This document shows positions 53,646 through 63,763 of a stretch of 64,000 nt of DNA, piece after piece. Both the position numbers and the translations under genes were made by a program. Every line of letters begins with the position of its first letter. The stretch's first letter is position 1. The notes under the pieces were generated by a model, which worked only from the letters and a program-made list of their open reading frames with translations, was not told the DNA's origin and made no database searches. Origin of the DNA: Vulcanimicrobiota bacterium (lineage in GTDB: Bacteria > Vulcanimicrobiota > Vulcanimicrobiia > Eremiobacterales > Eremiobacteraceae); assembly GCA_963805945.1 (NCBI GenBank), contig CAWDVP010000002.1:352001-416000 (forward strand). Direction: 5' to 3'.

Positions 53646-54834
53646 CTATCTCGACAACGCCGCGACCACCGCGCTCCGGCCCGAGGCGCTCGACGCGATG
53701 CTGCCGTTCCTGCGCGATGAATTCGCCAATCCTTCAAGCCCGCATTCGGCCGGACAGCGCGTGCGCCGGGCGCTCGACGACGCGCGCGAGCGCACCGCTG
53801 CCGCACTTGGCGCGCAGCCGGCCGAGATCGTGTTCACCGGCAGCGGCTCGGAGTCGGATTGCCTCGCGATCTTCGGCATGCTCGACGCGCGTGGCGCGGC
53901 GCGCGGCCGCTTCATCACCAGCGCGATCGAGCACCACGCGGTGCTGCACGCCGCAGACGCGCTGCGCGAGCGAGGGCACCGCGTGACGGTGCTGCCGGTC
54001 GACGCGGAAGGCTTCGTGTCAAAGGAAGCGCTCGCCGCCGCGCTCGATGTTGGGCGGCCCGCCGAGCGCACGCTCGTCAGCGTCATGCACGCAAACAACG
54101 AGATCGGCACGATTCAGCACATCAAGGAACTCGCCGCTATCGCGCACGGACGCGGCGCGCTCCTCCACACCGATGCGGTGCAGACGGTCGGGCACATCCC
54201 GCTGCACGTCGGCGAGCTGGACGTCGACGCGCTCACACTCTCGGCGCACAAGTTCGAGGGCCCCAAGGGCGTCGGCGCGCTGTATCTGCGCCGCGGCATC
54301 GCCGCGACGCCCATCGTCTACGGCGGCGGGCAAGAAGGCGGTCGCCGCGCCGGCACCGAGAACGTCGCCGGCATCGTCGGGCTGTCGGTCGCGCTCGAGC
54401 GCGCGGTCCACGAGCTCGGCGCGACCGCGCCCGCGATCGCCCGCGTGCGCGATCAACTAATCGAAGGCGTCCTCGCGCGCATCCCCATGACCGCGCTCAA
54501 CGGCGCACGGCGCGAGCGCTTGCCGAACAACGCCAGCCTGCGCTTCGAGGGGATCGAAGGGCAGACGCTGGTCTTGGGCCTGGATCTCGCCGGTTTCGCC
54601 ACCTCGACGGGCAGCGCGTGTACCTCAGGCTCGCTCGAGCCATCCCACGTGCTCTCCGCCCTCGGTCTGAGCGCGCCAGAGGCGCGCGGCACGGTGCGGT
54701 TCTCGCTCGGGCGGCAGACCCGTGACAGCGATATCGAGGTTTTGATCGAGCGCGTAGCGGGTATCGTTCACGAGCTCAGAAAGCTCTCGCCTTCCCTCGT
54801 GGCTGGGGGAGGTATGTCCCACAAACAAGAATGA
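53638..54834 (+). CDS. iscS: Cysteine desulfurase (IscS/NifS type)
   Basis: YLDNAATT, EHHAV, HANNEIG, DAVQ, SAHKFEGPKG, GSACTSG. Confidence 0.95.
   Translation: MAIYLDNAATTALRPEALDAMLPFLRDEFANPSSPHSAGQRVRRALDDARERTAAALGAQPAEIVFTGSGSESDCLAIFGMLDARGAARGRFITSAIEHHAVLHAADALRERGHRVTVLPVDAEGFVSKEALAAALDVGRPAERTLVSVMHANNEIGTIQHIKELAAIAHGRGALLHTDAVQTVGHIPLHVGELDVDALTLSAHKFEGPKGVGALYLRRGIAATPIVYGGGQEGGRRAGTENVAGIVGLSVALERAVHELGATAPAIARVRDQLIEGVLARIPMTALNGARRERLPNNASLRFEGIEGQTLVLGLDLAGFATSTGSACTSGSLEPSHVLSALGLSAPEARGTVRFSLGRQTRDSDIEVLIERVAGIVHELRKLSPSLVAGGGMSHKQE
54739..54764 (+). promoter_or_regulatory. sigmaB-type promoter internal to iscS 3' end
   Basis: GTTTTG-N14-GGGTAT, about 80 nt upstream of the DUF948 start. 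Confidence 0.75.
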
Positions 54835-54844
54835 CGGAAATCCC

Positions 54845-55249
54845 ATGAACGCACAAGATTTCATGTACATCTCGATCGGGCTGGCGTGCCTGGTCGTCGC
54901 CGGTTTCTTGGCATTCGTCTTCGTGCGCTTGGCGGCGCTGCTGACCCGCGCCGAAGACACGCTCGGCAAAGCGGACGCGACGCTCGAGCATCTCGACGCG
55001 CCGATCGTGAAGACGATGGACGGGGTCGGGAACATCACGCAGCGGTTGGACACCTTGCTCGGCAAGGTCAACCGTGTGACGAGCATCGCCGAAAGGGCGG
55101 CGGACGTCGTCGACAAGGCGTCGGATGCCGCGCAATCGCGGATCACGCCGACCGTGCTGCGCATCGCCAGCCTCGTCGCCGGGCTCGGCGCCGGCACGCG
55201 CGACTTTTTCACTTCACGCGACAACGGTTCGCACAAAGGAGATCGGTAA
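54845..55249 (+). CDS. DUF948/YtxG-like membrane protein
   Basis: N-terminal TM then coiled coil; upstream of YtxH gene. Confidence 0.7.
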   Translation: MNAQDFMYISIGLACLVVAGFLAFVFVRLAALLTRAEDTLGKADATLEHLDAPIVKTMDGVGNITQRLDTLLGKVNRVTSIAERAADVVDKASDAAQSRITPTVLRIASLVAGLGAGTRDFFTSRDNGSHKGDR

Positions 55250-55596
55250 TGGAGAACAACGACAACGGCAACTCGGGCGTCGGCTTCCTCTCAGGACTCG
55301 TGCTCGGCGCGTTCGCGGGAGCCATCCTCGCCCTCGTCCTCGCGCCGCAGACCGGCGAAGAGACGCGCGACCTGATCGCCGGCAAGGCGCAGGAAGCGAA
55401 AGGCAAAGCCATGGACATCGCCTCTGACCTCAAGGATCTCGCTGGGCAGCTCTCCGACGATCTGCGCCGGCAGGCCGACGACCTGTCGCGCCGGTCGCGC
55501 GAAGCGTACGAGAGCACGTCGAAACGGGCCGAAGGCGCGCTGCACGCGGCGAAGAGCGCCGCCAAGGCGAAAATCGACGAACTGCAGCAGGGTTAG
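55249..55596 (+). CDS. YtxH domain general stress protein
   Basis: FLSGLVLGAFAGAILALVLAPQTGEETR. Confidence 0.9.
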   Translation: MENNDNGNSGVGFLSGLVLGAFAGAILALVLAPQTGEETRDLIAGKAQEAKGKAMDIASDLKDLAGQLSDDLRRQADDLSRRSREAYESTSKRAEGALHAAKSAAKAKIDELQQG

Positions 55597-55605
55597 GCGA
55601 CAAGC

Positions 55606-55953
55606 GTGGATATCGCGGTAGAAGTACGGGAAGTCCCGGGCAAGAACGGCGCGCGCATCGTCGATCTCAACGGCGAGATCGACGTGTACACCTCGCCGCG
55701 CGTCAAGGAGACCATCACCGATCTCATCGATCAGGGCCACTACGACCTGATCATCAACCTGGAGAACGTCCGCTATATCGACTCGACCGGCTTGGGCGTG
55801 CTCATCGGCGGCCTGAAGCGGGTGCGCGAGCACAGCGGTACGGTCAGCCTGGTGTGCACGAATCCGCAGATAAAGAAGATATTCGACATCACCGGACTGG
55901 TGAAGATCTTCGGCATCTTCGACTCGGAGCCGAGCGCGAGCGCGGCGCTATGA
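55606..55953 (+). CDS. rsbV: Anti-sigma factor antagonist (STAS, RsbV-like)
   Basis: GEIDVYTSP, YIDSTGLGVL, IFDITGL. Confidence 0.9.
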   Translation: MDIAVEVREVPGKNGARIVDLNGEIDVYTSPRVKETITDLIDQGHYDLIINLENVRYIDSTGLGVLIGGLKRVREHSGTVSLVCTNPQIKKIFDITGLVKIFGIFDSEPSASAAL

Positions 55954-56378
55954 TCTCACCTCAGGAGAGCGGCGGCGATTCCGGCAGCATCGAACTCCGT
56001 CTGCCGAGCAAGGCCGAATGGGTCGGCGTGGCGCGGCTCGCGATCGCCGGCGTCGCGAGCCGGCTCAACTTCAGCGTCGAGGACATCGAGGACCTGAAGC
56101 TCGCCGTCGCGGAGGCGTGCACGAACTGCATCCAGCATGCGAGCGATAACGACGAAGTGCGCATCGCGTGCGTCGTCTCGGAATCGAAGCTGACGGTCAC
56201 CGTCCAGGACAACGGCAAAGGATTCGACGGCCGGGGCATCAATCCGAAATCGCTCGGCGAGCCCAAAGTGGGCGGGCTGGGCGTGTTTCTCATCCGCACG
56301 CTCATGGACGACGTGAGCTATGAGGTCGATCCGGCATCGGGGACGAAACTCACGATGACCAAACACGTCCGATCGTAG
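55950..56378 (+). CDS. rsbW: Anti-sigma factor Ser kinase (RsbW-like)
   Basis: IEDLKLAVAEACTNCIQHA, DNGKGFD, GGLGVFLIRTLMD. Confidence 0.9.
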   Translation: MISPQESGGDSGSIELRLPSKAEWVGVARLAIAGVASRLNFSVEDIEDLKLAVAEACTNCIQHASDNDEVRIACVVSESKLTVTVQDNGKGFDGRGINPKSLGEPKVGGLGVFLIRTLMDDVSYEVDPASGTKLTMTKHVRS

Positions 56379-56383
56379 CAGCC

Positions 56384-57193
56384 GTGGGAATCGAGTCCAG
56401 CTACGAACTCGGGCACGAGCGCGAGGGTCGCTTCGATAAGGCGCGCACGAAGCAGCTCTTCCTTCAGTATGCCGCGACGCGCGACGCGGACACCCGCGAA
56501 CAGCTCGTCGTCGCGCACCTCAATCTGGTGCGCTTTCTCGCCTCGCGCTTCGCAGGCCGCGGCGAGCCGCTCGACGATCTGATCCAAGTCGGGATGGTCG
56601 GCCTGCTCAAGGCGATCGACCGATTCGATCCCGAACGCGGCATCGAGTTCACCACTTACGTGACCCCCACCGTCGTCGGCGAGATCAAACGGCACTTCCG
56701 CGACAAGGGCTGGGCGATCCGCGTGCCGCGGCGCCTGCAGGAGCTCAACGCGGCCATGCATCGCGGGCTCGACGCGCTCACCGCGGATCTGGGGCGCTCG
56801 CCGAACGTCGCCGAGATGGCCGCCTCGCTGCACGCCAGCGAAGAGGAGATCATCGAGGCGCAAGAGCTCGGGCACGCCTATGCGCCGCTGTCCCTGGACG
56901 CCATCGCCTCCGCCAGCGGCGAGGGCAGGACGCTCGGCGAGTCGCTCGGCTACGATGATCCCGATATGGCGAAGGTCGCCGACCAGGACCTGCTCGACCG
57001 CGCGCTGACCTGCCTGGACCGCCGCGAGCGCGTCATCGTGCATCTGCGCTACTTCGAACGCGTGACGCAGACCGACATCGCGCGGCGGCTGCGCATGTCG
57101 CAGATGCACGTCTCCCGCCTCCAGCAGCGCGCGCTCGGCAAGATGAAAGGACTGCTCCAAGAAGAGTCCAGCCCCGAACGCGCAAACCAATAG
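56384..57193 (+). CDS. sigB: SigB/SigF/SigG family RNA polymerase sigma factor
   Basis: DLIQVG, AIDRFD, GEIKRHFRDKGWAIRVPRRLQE, SQMHVSRL. Confidence 0.9.
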   Translation: MGIESSYELGHEREGRFDKARTKQLFLQYAATRDADTREQLVVAHLNLVRFLASRFAGRGEPLDDLIQVGMVGLLKAIDRFDPERGIEFTTYVTPTVVGEIKRHFRDKGWAIRVPRRLQELNAAMHRGLDALTADLGRSPNVAEMAASLHASEEEIIEAQELGHAYAPLSLDAIASASGEGRTLGESLGYDDPDMAKVADQDLLDRALTCLDRRERVIVHLRYFERVTQTDIARRLRMSQMHVSRLQQRALGKMKGLLQEESSPERANQ

Positions 57194-57198
57194 CGGGT

Positions 57199-59847
57199 AT
57201 GACCTCTCAAGACGTACGCCGGTCGTTCGTCGAGTTTTTCAAGAGCAGGCAGCACAAGCAGGTCGCGGGCGCCAGCCTGGTGCCGGATGCGCTGTCGACG
57301 ACGCTGTTCACCATCGCCGGCATGGAGCCGTTCGTGCCGCAGTTCCTCGGCGAAGCGCCGCCGCCTGCGCCGCGCGTGGTCACGGTGCAGCGCTGCCTGC
57401 GCGTCGCCGGCGGCAAGAACGACATCGAGAACGTCGGCCGCAGCGGCCGGCACGGCACGTTCCTCGAGATGCTCGGCAACTTCTCGTTCGGCGACTACTA
57501 CAAACGCGAGGCGATCGCGTGGGCGTGGGAATACCTCACGAAGACGCTGCGCTTGCCCGCCGAGCGACTGTCCGCGACGGTCTACGTCGACGACGACGAG
57601 GCAGCGCAGATCTGGCAGCGCGATATCGGCCTTGCGCCGGAGCGCGTGACGCGCATGCGCGAGGACAACTTCTGGGACATGGGGCCGACCGGGCCATGCG
57701 GTCCCTGCTCGGAGATCTTCTACGACCTCGGGCCGGCCGTCGGCTGCGGCAAGCCGACGTGCGGCGTCGGCTGCCCGGATTGCGATCGCTATATCGAGTT
57801 CTGGAATCTCGTGTTCCAGCAGTACGACCGCGACACCGACGGGCGGCTGCATCCGCTGCCCAAGCAGTGCATCGACACCGGCATGGGTTTCGAGCGGCTG
57901 TGCATGATCCTGGCCGGCAAGACGTCGATCTTCGACACCGATCTGTATCAGGACATCATCGCCGCGCTGCCGCCGGTCGGCGAGTCGCGCTTGCCCGACT
58001 CCGAGCGCGCCGTGCATCGCTGCATCATCGCCGACCACGCGCGCGCCTGCGTGTTCCTCATCGCCGACGGCGTCGTGCCGGGCAACACCGATCGCGGCTA
58101 CGTGCTGCGTTTTCTCACGCGGCGCGCGATCCGCAGCGGCAAGCTGCTGGGATTCCCAGACGGTTTCTTCGCCACGCTCACGCCGACGGTGATCCGGACG
58201 CTCGTGGACGGTTATCCGGAACTTCGAGGCAGCGAGCAGCGCGTCGAGCGCGCGCTCGAGGTCGAGGAGAAGCAGTTCGGCGCGACCTTGGCGCGCGGTT
58301 CCGTCAGGCTCGCCGAGCGGCTCGACGCCCTCGCGCGCACCGGCGCGCTCGTGCTGCCCGGCAAGGACGCCTTCGAACTGCACGACACGTACGGCTTTCC
58401 CGTGGACCTGACGCGCGAGATCGCCGGCGAAGCGGGCATCACCATCGACACCGCCGGTTTCTCCGCCGCGATGGAGGAGCAGCGCGAACGCGCGCGCGCC
58501 GATGCGTTGGCCAAACGCGGCGAGGTCCGCGTCGCCCGCGGCGCGGGGACCGACCAACCGGCCACGACCTTCACCGGCTACGATAGGCTGGAGTCCAAGG
58601 CCGTCATCGCGGCGATCTTCGACCGCTCCGGAGCGCCCGCCGAGCGGCTCGACGCGGGCGCCGAAGGCATCATCGTGCTCGACCAGACCCCGTTCTACGC
58701 CGAGCGCGGCGGACAGGCCGGCGATCGCGGCGTGCTTGCTGCGGCCGGCGCGTCGTTCGACGTGCGCGACACGCAGTATGAAGATAAGACACATCGCCGC
58801 ATCATGCACCGGGGTGTCGTGCGCTCGGGCGGCTTCGCCGCCGGTGACCAGGTGGACGCGATCGTCGACCCGCATTGGCGGCGCGAGATCCGCCGCCACC
58901 ACAGCGTCACCCATCTGCTGCAGCGCGCGCTCAAAGAGGTGCTCGGCGACGCGGTCGCCCAGCGCGGCAGCGCCGTGTTCCCGGAGCGCACCCGCTTCGA
59001 CTTCGACTCGCCGGTCGGTGCGCTCTCCAAGGCGCAGCGCTCCGAGGTGGGCGCGCGGGTCAACGAGCTCATCCGCAGCGACTACCGCCTTGAAGAGGCG
59101 AGCATGCCGTTCGCCGAGGCGGTCGCGCGCGGCGCGGTCTATATGAAGGGCGAGAACTACGGCGACGTCGTCCGCATCGTCACCTTCGGTCCCAGCATCG
59201 AGCTGTGCGGCGGCACCCATGTGACGTCGACCGGCGAGATCGGCCACTTCGTCCTGCTCGCCGATTCCGCGATCGGCGCCGGCATCCGCCGCGCCGAAGG
59301 CGTGGTGTCCGAAGCCGCGGATCGGTACGTCGACTCCGTGCGCGAGACGGTCGACGAAGTCGGTTCGGCGCTGTCCACCGCCGCCGACCAAGTCCCTGAG
59401 GCGGTGAGCCGGCTCGCGCTACGGCAGAAGGAGCTCGAGCGCAAGATCGCCGCGCTGCAATCGCAGCTCGCCGCGCAGCGTGCCGATGAATATCTCGCAT
59501 CCGCCAAAGAGATCGGCGGCGTCTCCTATCTCGCGGTCAGACCGAGCGGCGACGTCGGCGTCGGAGCGAAGGAGCTCGCCGAATCCATCCGCGCCAAATG
59601 GCCCGACGGCGTGATCGTCGTGGCCCAGCCGGAGAATGGGCGGGTGTCGCTCGTCGTCGCGGCCGGCCGCGCGGCCGCCAAGCGCGGCGTGTCGGCGAAG
59701 GACGTCCTCGCCGCGATCATCGGCCACGTCAAGGGCAAAGGCGGAGGCAACGCCTCGCTGGCACAAGGCTCCGGCTCCGACGCCGCCGGCATCGATGCGG
59801 CGTTAGGCGCGGTCCCCGACGCGATCGCCAAGGCAGCGCGTGCCTAA
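57199..59847 (+). CDS. alaS: Alanyl-tRNA synthetase
   Basis: EMLGNFSFGDY, DTGMGFER, IADH, DTYGFP, HHSVTH, ELCGGTH, GKGGG. Confidence 0.97.
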   Translation: MTSQDVRRSFVEFFKSRQHKQVAGASLVPDALSTTLFTIAGMEPFVPQFLGEAPPPAPRVVTVQRCLRVAGGKNDIENVGRSGRHGTFLEMLGNFSFGDYYKREAIAWAWEYLTKTLRLPAERLSATVYVDDDEAAQIWQRDIGLAPERVTRMREDNFWDMGPTGPCGPCSEIFYDLGPAVGCGKPTCGVGCPDCDRYIEFWNLVFQQYDRDTDGRLHPLPKQCIDTGMGFERLCMILAGKTSIFDTDLYQDIIAALPPVGESRLPDSERAVHRCIIADHARACVFLIADGVVPGNTDRGYVLRFLTRRAIRSGKLLGFPDGFFATLTPTVIRTLVDGYPELRGSEQRVERALEVEEKQFGATLARGSVRLAERLDALARTGALVLPGKDAFELHDTYGFPVDLTREIAGEAGITIDTAGFSAAMEEQRERARADALAKRGEVRVARGAGTDQPATTFTGYDRLESKAVIAAIFDRSGAPAERLDAGAEGIIVLDQTPFYAERGGQAGDRGVLAAAGASFDVRDTQYEDKTHRRIMHRGVVRSGGFAAGDQVDAIVDPHWRREIRRHHSVTHLLQRALKEVLGDAVAQRGSAVFPERTRFDFDSPVGALSKAQRSEVGARVNELIRSDYRLEEASMPFAEAVARGAVYMKGENYGDVVRIVTFGPSIELCGGTHVTSTGEIGHFVLLADSAIGAGIRRAEGVVSEAADRYVDSVRETVDEVGSALSTAADQVPEAVSRLALRQKELERKIAALQSQLAAQRADEYLASAKEIGGVSYLAVRPSGDVGVGAKELAESIRAKWPDGVIVVAQPENGRVSLVVAAGRAAAKRGVSAKDVLAAIIGHVKGKGGGNASLAQGSGSDAAGIDAALGAVPDAIAKAARA

Positions 59848-60580
59848 GCGAGACGCGGTCATGCTCGCGCTGCTGCTCGCGATCGCGCTCGGCGGTCCCG
59901 CAGCAGCGGCATCGCCGCCGCCCACATCGCGGGTCCACGGGGTCGTCTCGCCGGGCATGCTCGCGGCGCGCGCGCTCGAGAAATACCACGCCGCCATGGC
60001 GTCGTTGGGCCAGCCGCCGAACATGGTGTTCACCTATGCCGAGACGCGCACCGGTCCGTCTCGCATCGTGACCGGCGTCCATCGCGTCTATCGCGACAGC
60101 GCGGGTGACCAGCGCAACGACACGATGGAGATCAATGGCTCGCCCATCCGGCCGCCGTTGACGCGCACGTACCAGCGCACCACATGGCCCTACTTCGCCG
60201 ACGAGTTCTCAGCCTCGGCTGCCGACTATGACGCGCACTTCGTAGGCGCGGCGACGGTGAACGGCCGCCGCGGCTACTCGTTCCAGATGAAACGTCACAT
60301 CAGCGCGGTGTTTGAGGTCACGGAATTGGATCTCGACACGGCCAGCGGCTTGCCGTTGCGCATCGGCTACGCCGTCCAAAGCGGCACGTGCGACGGTCAA
60401 GGGACGCTCGAATACGCGCCGGCCGGCGCGTATTGGCTGCCGACACTCGCGACCGCCGAGTGCGCCACCGGCAAGTCGGCGGAGCCGAGCTACAAGCACA
60501 CCATCAGATTCTCCGATTATTCGTTTCCCGTCTCGATCCCGCAAGACGTGCTCCATCCGCCGGGGGCAAGCGCGCAATGA
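59840..60580 (+). CDS. Secreted hypothetical protein
   Basis: Signal peptide, beta-rich, coupled to alaS and next gene. Confidence 0.7.
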   Translation: MPKRDAVMLALLLAIALGGPAAAASPPPTSRVHGVVSPGMLAARALEKYHAAMASLGQPPNMVFTYAETRTGPSRIVTGVHRVYRDSAGDQRNDTMEINGSPIRPPLTRTYQRTTWPYFADEFSASAADYDAHFVGAATVNGRRGYSFQMKRHISAVFEVTELDLDTASGLPLRIGYAVQSGTCDGQGTLEYAPAGAYWLPTLATAECATGKSAEPSYKHTIRFSDYSFPVSIPQDVLHPPGASAQ

Positions 60581-61788
60581 GCGCGTTCGGCGCACCGGCG
60601 CTGCCGCGGCCGCAGCGATCGTCGTCCGCCGCATGGACGGCGTTGGCGGTGTTCGCGTTCGCGCTCGCGGTGTATCTGCTCTCCACCGGCGGCAAGCATG
60701 CGTTCTACGACAACTTCATCCGCCTCGCGTACGCGTTCGCGCACGGCAGAGTGTGGATCGATTGGCCGGGGCCGGCGATCGAAGCGCTCGAGTTCGGCGG
60801 ACAGCACTACGTCATCGAAGGCCCGATCCCGGCGATCATGGCGATGCCATTCGTGCTGTTGTTCGGGCTCGATGCGAACCAATCGGTCGTCTGCGCAATC
60901 GCAGCAGCCATAGGGGTTTGCGCGGTTTGGCTGATGCTCGGCGGGATGCGCGTCTCCACCGAGACGCGCGTCTTCGCCACCATCTTCTTCGGCTTCGGCA
61001 CGGTGTATTGGTGGTGCGCCGCGTTCGGCTCGTTGTGGATGTACGCGCACGTCACTGGCGCGATGTTCGCCGTAATCGCGCTCGCGGAATGGTACGGCAA
61101 GCGGCGACCGTGGCTGCTCGGCGTGCTGTTCGCGTGCATGGCGCTGTCGCGTTTCTCGATGGCGCTCGCCGGCATCCCGTTCATCGTATGGCTGCTGCTC
61201 GAGACGCCGCGCGGCGGCCGGCTGCGTGCGCTCGGCGAAGCCACGCTCGGCGCATTGCCGTTCTTCGCGCTATTCCTCGTCTACAACGAAGCGCGCTGGG
61301 GCACGCTGCAGGACATCGGCTACACCACGTGGTTCCACCAGGATCCGGTCGGCTCCACGACCGGCAGCCCGTTCCAACTGCGCTTCTTGCCGGCCAACCT
61401 GTACAGCTTCTTGATGCTGCCGCCGGACTATTCCGTCTACTTCCCGTGGCTCAAGCTCAACGGGTTCGGCGTCGCGCTCACCTTCACGAGCCCGGCGCTC
61501 GCGCTCGCGTTCTTCGCTCCCGCGCGCAACCGTGAGACGTGGTTCCTGTGGGCGGCGACGCTGCTGGCGGCGATCCCGTCGCTGCTCTACTACGTCAACG
61601 GGTTCGAACAGTTCGGCATGCGCCACTCGCTGGACTTCACGCCGTTCATGCTGCCGCTCGTCGCGCGCGGCCTCGAGCGCATCAAAGCGCTGTTCGCGTA
61701 CGCGCTCGTGGCGATCTCGGTGCTCGCGAACGGCTACGGCGTGTGGTATTCGTGGGCATACCACGCGTACGCGGTGGTGCCGCGCTAG
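60577..61788 (+). CDS. Polytopic membrane protein, GT-C-like
   Basis: About 10 TM; YNEARWG, QFGMRHSLDF. Confidence 0.6.
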   Translation: MSAFGAPALPRPQRSSSAAWTALAVFAFALAVYLLSTGGKHAFYDNFIRLAYAFAHGRVWIDWPGPAIEALEFGGQHYVIEGPIPAIMAMPFVLLFGLDANQSVVCAIAAAIGVCAVWLMLGGMRVSTETRVFATIFFGFGTVYWWCAAFGSLWMYAHVTGAMFAVIALAEWYGKRRPWLLGVLFACMALSRFSMALAGIPFIVWLLLETPRGGRLRALGEATLGALPFFALFLVYNEARWGTLQDIGYTTWFHQDPVGSTTGSPFQLRFLPANLYSFLMLPPDYSVYFPWLKLNGFGVALTFTSPALALAFFAPARNRETWFLWAATLLAAIPSLLYYVNGFEQFGMRHSLDFTPFMLPLVARGLERIKALFAYALVAISVLANGYGVWYSWAYHAYAVVPR

Positions 61789-61863
61789 CGGGCGGACGAC
61801 GTCGCTTGCGACCTGCGCCATAGAGGTGCGTCACGGGGAGTCCGGCGAACGCGCCGCGCGACG

Positions 61864-62574
61864 ATGAGCGAGACGAAAAAAGCGACGCAGACCGCGAAGA
61901 TCCTCGTCGTCGACGACGAGGCGGCGATACTGCAGACGCTTCGCTACAATCTCGAGAAGAACGGCTACTCAGTGTGCACCGCCGGAGATGGACGGCGCGC
62001 GCTGTCCGTCGTCGAGCTCGAGAAACCCGACCTCATCGTGCTCGACATCATGCTGCCGGAGCTCGACGGCATCGAGGTCTGTCGCGAGATCCGCAAGCGC
62101 TCGACGACGCCGGTGCTCATGCTCACCGCCAAAGATCAGGAGATCGACAAAGTCCTCGCGCTCGAGATCGGCGCGGACGACTACATCACCAAGCCGTTCT
62201 CGGTCTACGAACTGCTCGCGCGCATCAAAGCGCACCTGCGCCGGCTCCAGACGCAAGCGCAGCCGTCGGAGACCGGCATCGTGCGCTCCGGCGACGTCGA
62301 GCTCGACGCAGGCCGGCACCGCGTCACCAAGCGCGGCGCGACCGTCGAGCTGGCGCCGAAGGAGTTCCGCCTGCTCCAGGTGCTGCTCGAGAACAAGGGG
62401 CGCGTCGTGACGCGCCAGGTGATGCTCGATCGGGTGTGGGGCTACGACTTCTACGGCGATCTGCAGACGGTGAACGTCCACATCCGTTGGCTGCGCGAGA
62501 AGATCGAAGACGATCCAAGTGATCCCAAATACATTCTCACCGTGCGCAGCCGCGGGTATCTTTTCAAGGACTAG
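61864..62574 (+). CDS. OmpR/PhoB-family response regulator (PhoP/PhoB-like)
   Basis: VVDDE, LDIMLP, LTAK, GADDYITKPF, VHIRWLREKIE; adjacent to phoR and phoU. Confidence 0.93.
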   Translation: MSETKKATQTAKILVVDDEAAILQTLRYNLEKNGYSVCTAGDGRRALSVVELEKPDLIVLDIMLPELDGIEVCREIRKRSTTPVLMLTAKDQEIDKVLALEIGADDYITKPFSVYELLARIKAHLRRLQTQAQPSETGIVRSGDVELDAGRHRVTKRGATVELAPKEFRLLQVLLENKGRVVTRQVMLDRVWGYDFYGDLQTVNVHIRWLREKIEDDPSDPKYILTVRSRGYLFKD

Positions 62575-62594
62575 CCAAACCAGAGCCCACTCGC

Positions 62595-63689
62595 ATGTCG
62601 ATCTTCGACGCTTTCCGCAGACAGCCGGCCGCGCCGGACGAGGCCGAGCCGGGATCCCAGCACGCCGCAGCGCAGCTCGAGCGTTTCGACGAGCTTGTCG
62701 ACGCGTTGCCCGTCGGCGTCATCGTGGTCGGCGACAACGGCCGCGTGACGTTCTTCAATCCGGCCGCGGCGGAGATCTTCGGCGTGCCGCCGGAGCGCGC
62801 GCTCGGCCGTGCTCTCATCGAGAGCGTCCGCAGCTACGAGCTCGACCGGCGGCTGTCGAACGCGCTGCGCTTCGGCATCGAGCAGACAGCGGAGCTCACC
62901 TACAACGCGGGCACCGCGCGCAAGCTGGAGGTCACGACGAAGCCGCTGCGCGGCGGCGATGCCCGCCGCGAGGCGGTGGCCGTCGTCCACGACCTCACCC
63001 GCGTGCGCGAGCTCGAGGCCATCCGGCGCGATTTCGTGTCGAACGTCTCGCACGAGCTGCGCACCCCGCTCACCTCGGTGAAGATCATCGTCGAAACGCT
63101 GCAGGACGGCGTCGACAAGAAGACCCAGACCAAATTCCTCGGCGACGTCGCCCGCGAGACCGACCGGATGATCGCGCTCGTCGAGGACCTGCTCGGCCTC
63201 GCCAAGCTCGAGAGCGACACGCCGGCGGATCCGTTCGCGCCGGTCGACCTGTGCGAGCTGTGCCGCGAAGTCGTCGCGACGCAGCTGCTGCGCGCGACGC
63301 AGCTCAACGTGGAGCTGCAGCTGCGCACGCCCGAGGAACCGGTCGTCATCCAGGGCGACCGCGATAAGCTCGTGCAGGTCGTCGTCAACCTGCTCGACAA
63401 CGCGCTGCGGCTCACGCCGCCCAACGGTCACGTGAAGGTCTCGGTCCAGCGCGGGCCCGACTTCGCCGAGATCGCGGTGGCGGACGATGGGCCGGGCATC
63501 GCGTCGTCGGCGCTGCCGCATATCTTCGAGCGCTTCTATGTCGTCGAGCGTTCGCGGGCTCGCGCGGCCACCGGCACCGGCTTGGGTCTCGCGATCGTGA
63601 AGCACATCATGGAACTGCACGACGGCACGGTGGAAGCGGAAAGCGAGCTCGGAGCCGGCACGGTCTTCCGCTGCCGTTTCAATATTTAA
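62595..63689 (+). CDS. phoR: PhoR-like PAS-HisKA-HATPase sensor kinase
   Basis: NPAAAEIFG (PAS), FVSNVSHELRTPL, NLLDNA, DDGPG, FERFY, GTGLGL. Confidence 0.88.
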   Translation: MSIFDAFRRQPAAPDEAEPGSQHAAAQLERFDELVDALPVGVIVVGDNGRVTFFNPAAAEIFGVPPERALGRALIESVRSYELDRRLSNALRFGIEQTAELTYNAGTARKLEVTTKPLRGGDARREAVAVVHDLTRVRELEAIRRDFVSNVSHELRTPLTSVKIIVETLQDGVDKKTQTKFLGDVARETDRMIALVEDLLGLAKLESDTPADPFAPVDLCELCREVVATQLLRATQLNVELQLRTPEEPVVIQGDRDKLVQVVVNLLDNALRLTPPNGHVKVSVQRGPDFAEIAVADDGPGIASSALPHIFERFYVVERSRARAATGTGLGLAIVKHIMELHDGTVEAESELGAGTVFRCRFNI

Positions 63690-63700
63690 CGCCGCCATGG

Positions 63701-63729
63701 TTTACAAATGTCCGGTTGCGGCCTATAAT
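63701..63729 (+). promoter_or_regulatory. sigma70-type promoter upstream of phoU
   Basis: TTTACA-N17-TATAAT. Confidence 0.75.
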
Positions 63730-63763
63730 GCAATGGGTACTTTTGTCATGGGGGTCTAGATCT

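Noticed and set aside
54805..54834. Leader mini-ORF MSHKQE on the sigmaB transcript
   Set aside because: GGAGGT abuts the ATG with no spacer and the peptide is simply the IscS C-terminus
57195..57200. GGGTAT as sigmaB -10 before alaS
   Set aside because: No GTTT -35 at the right spacing and it overlaps the start codon
63678..63706. Pho box upstream of phoU
   Set aside because: TTTAAC and TTTACA are 16 nt apart, not the 11-nt period expected
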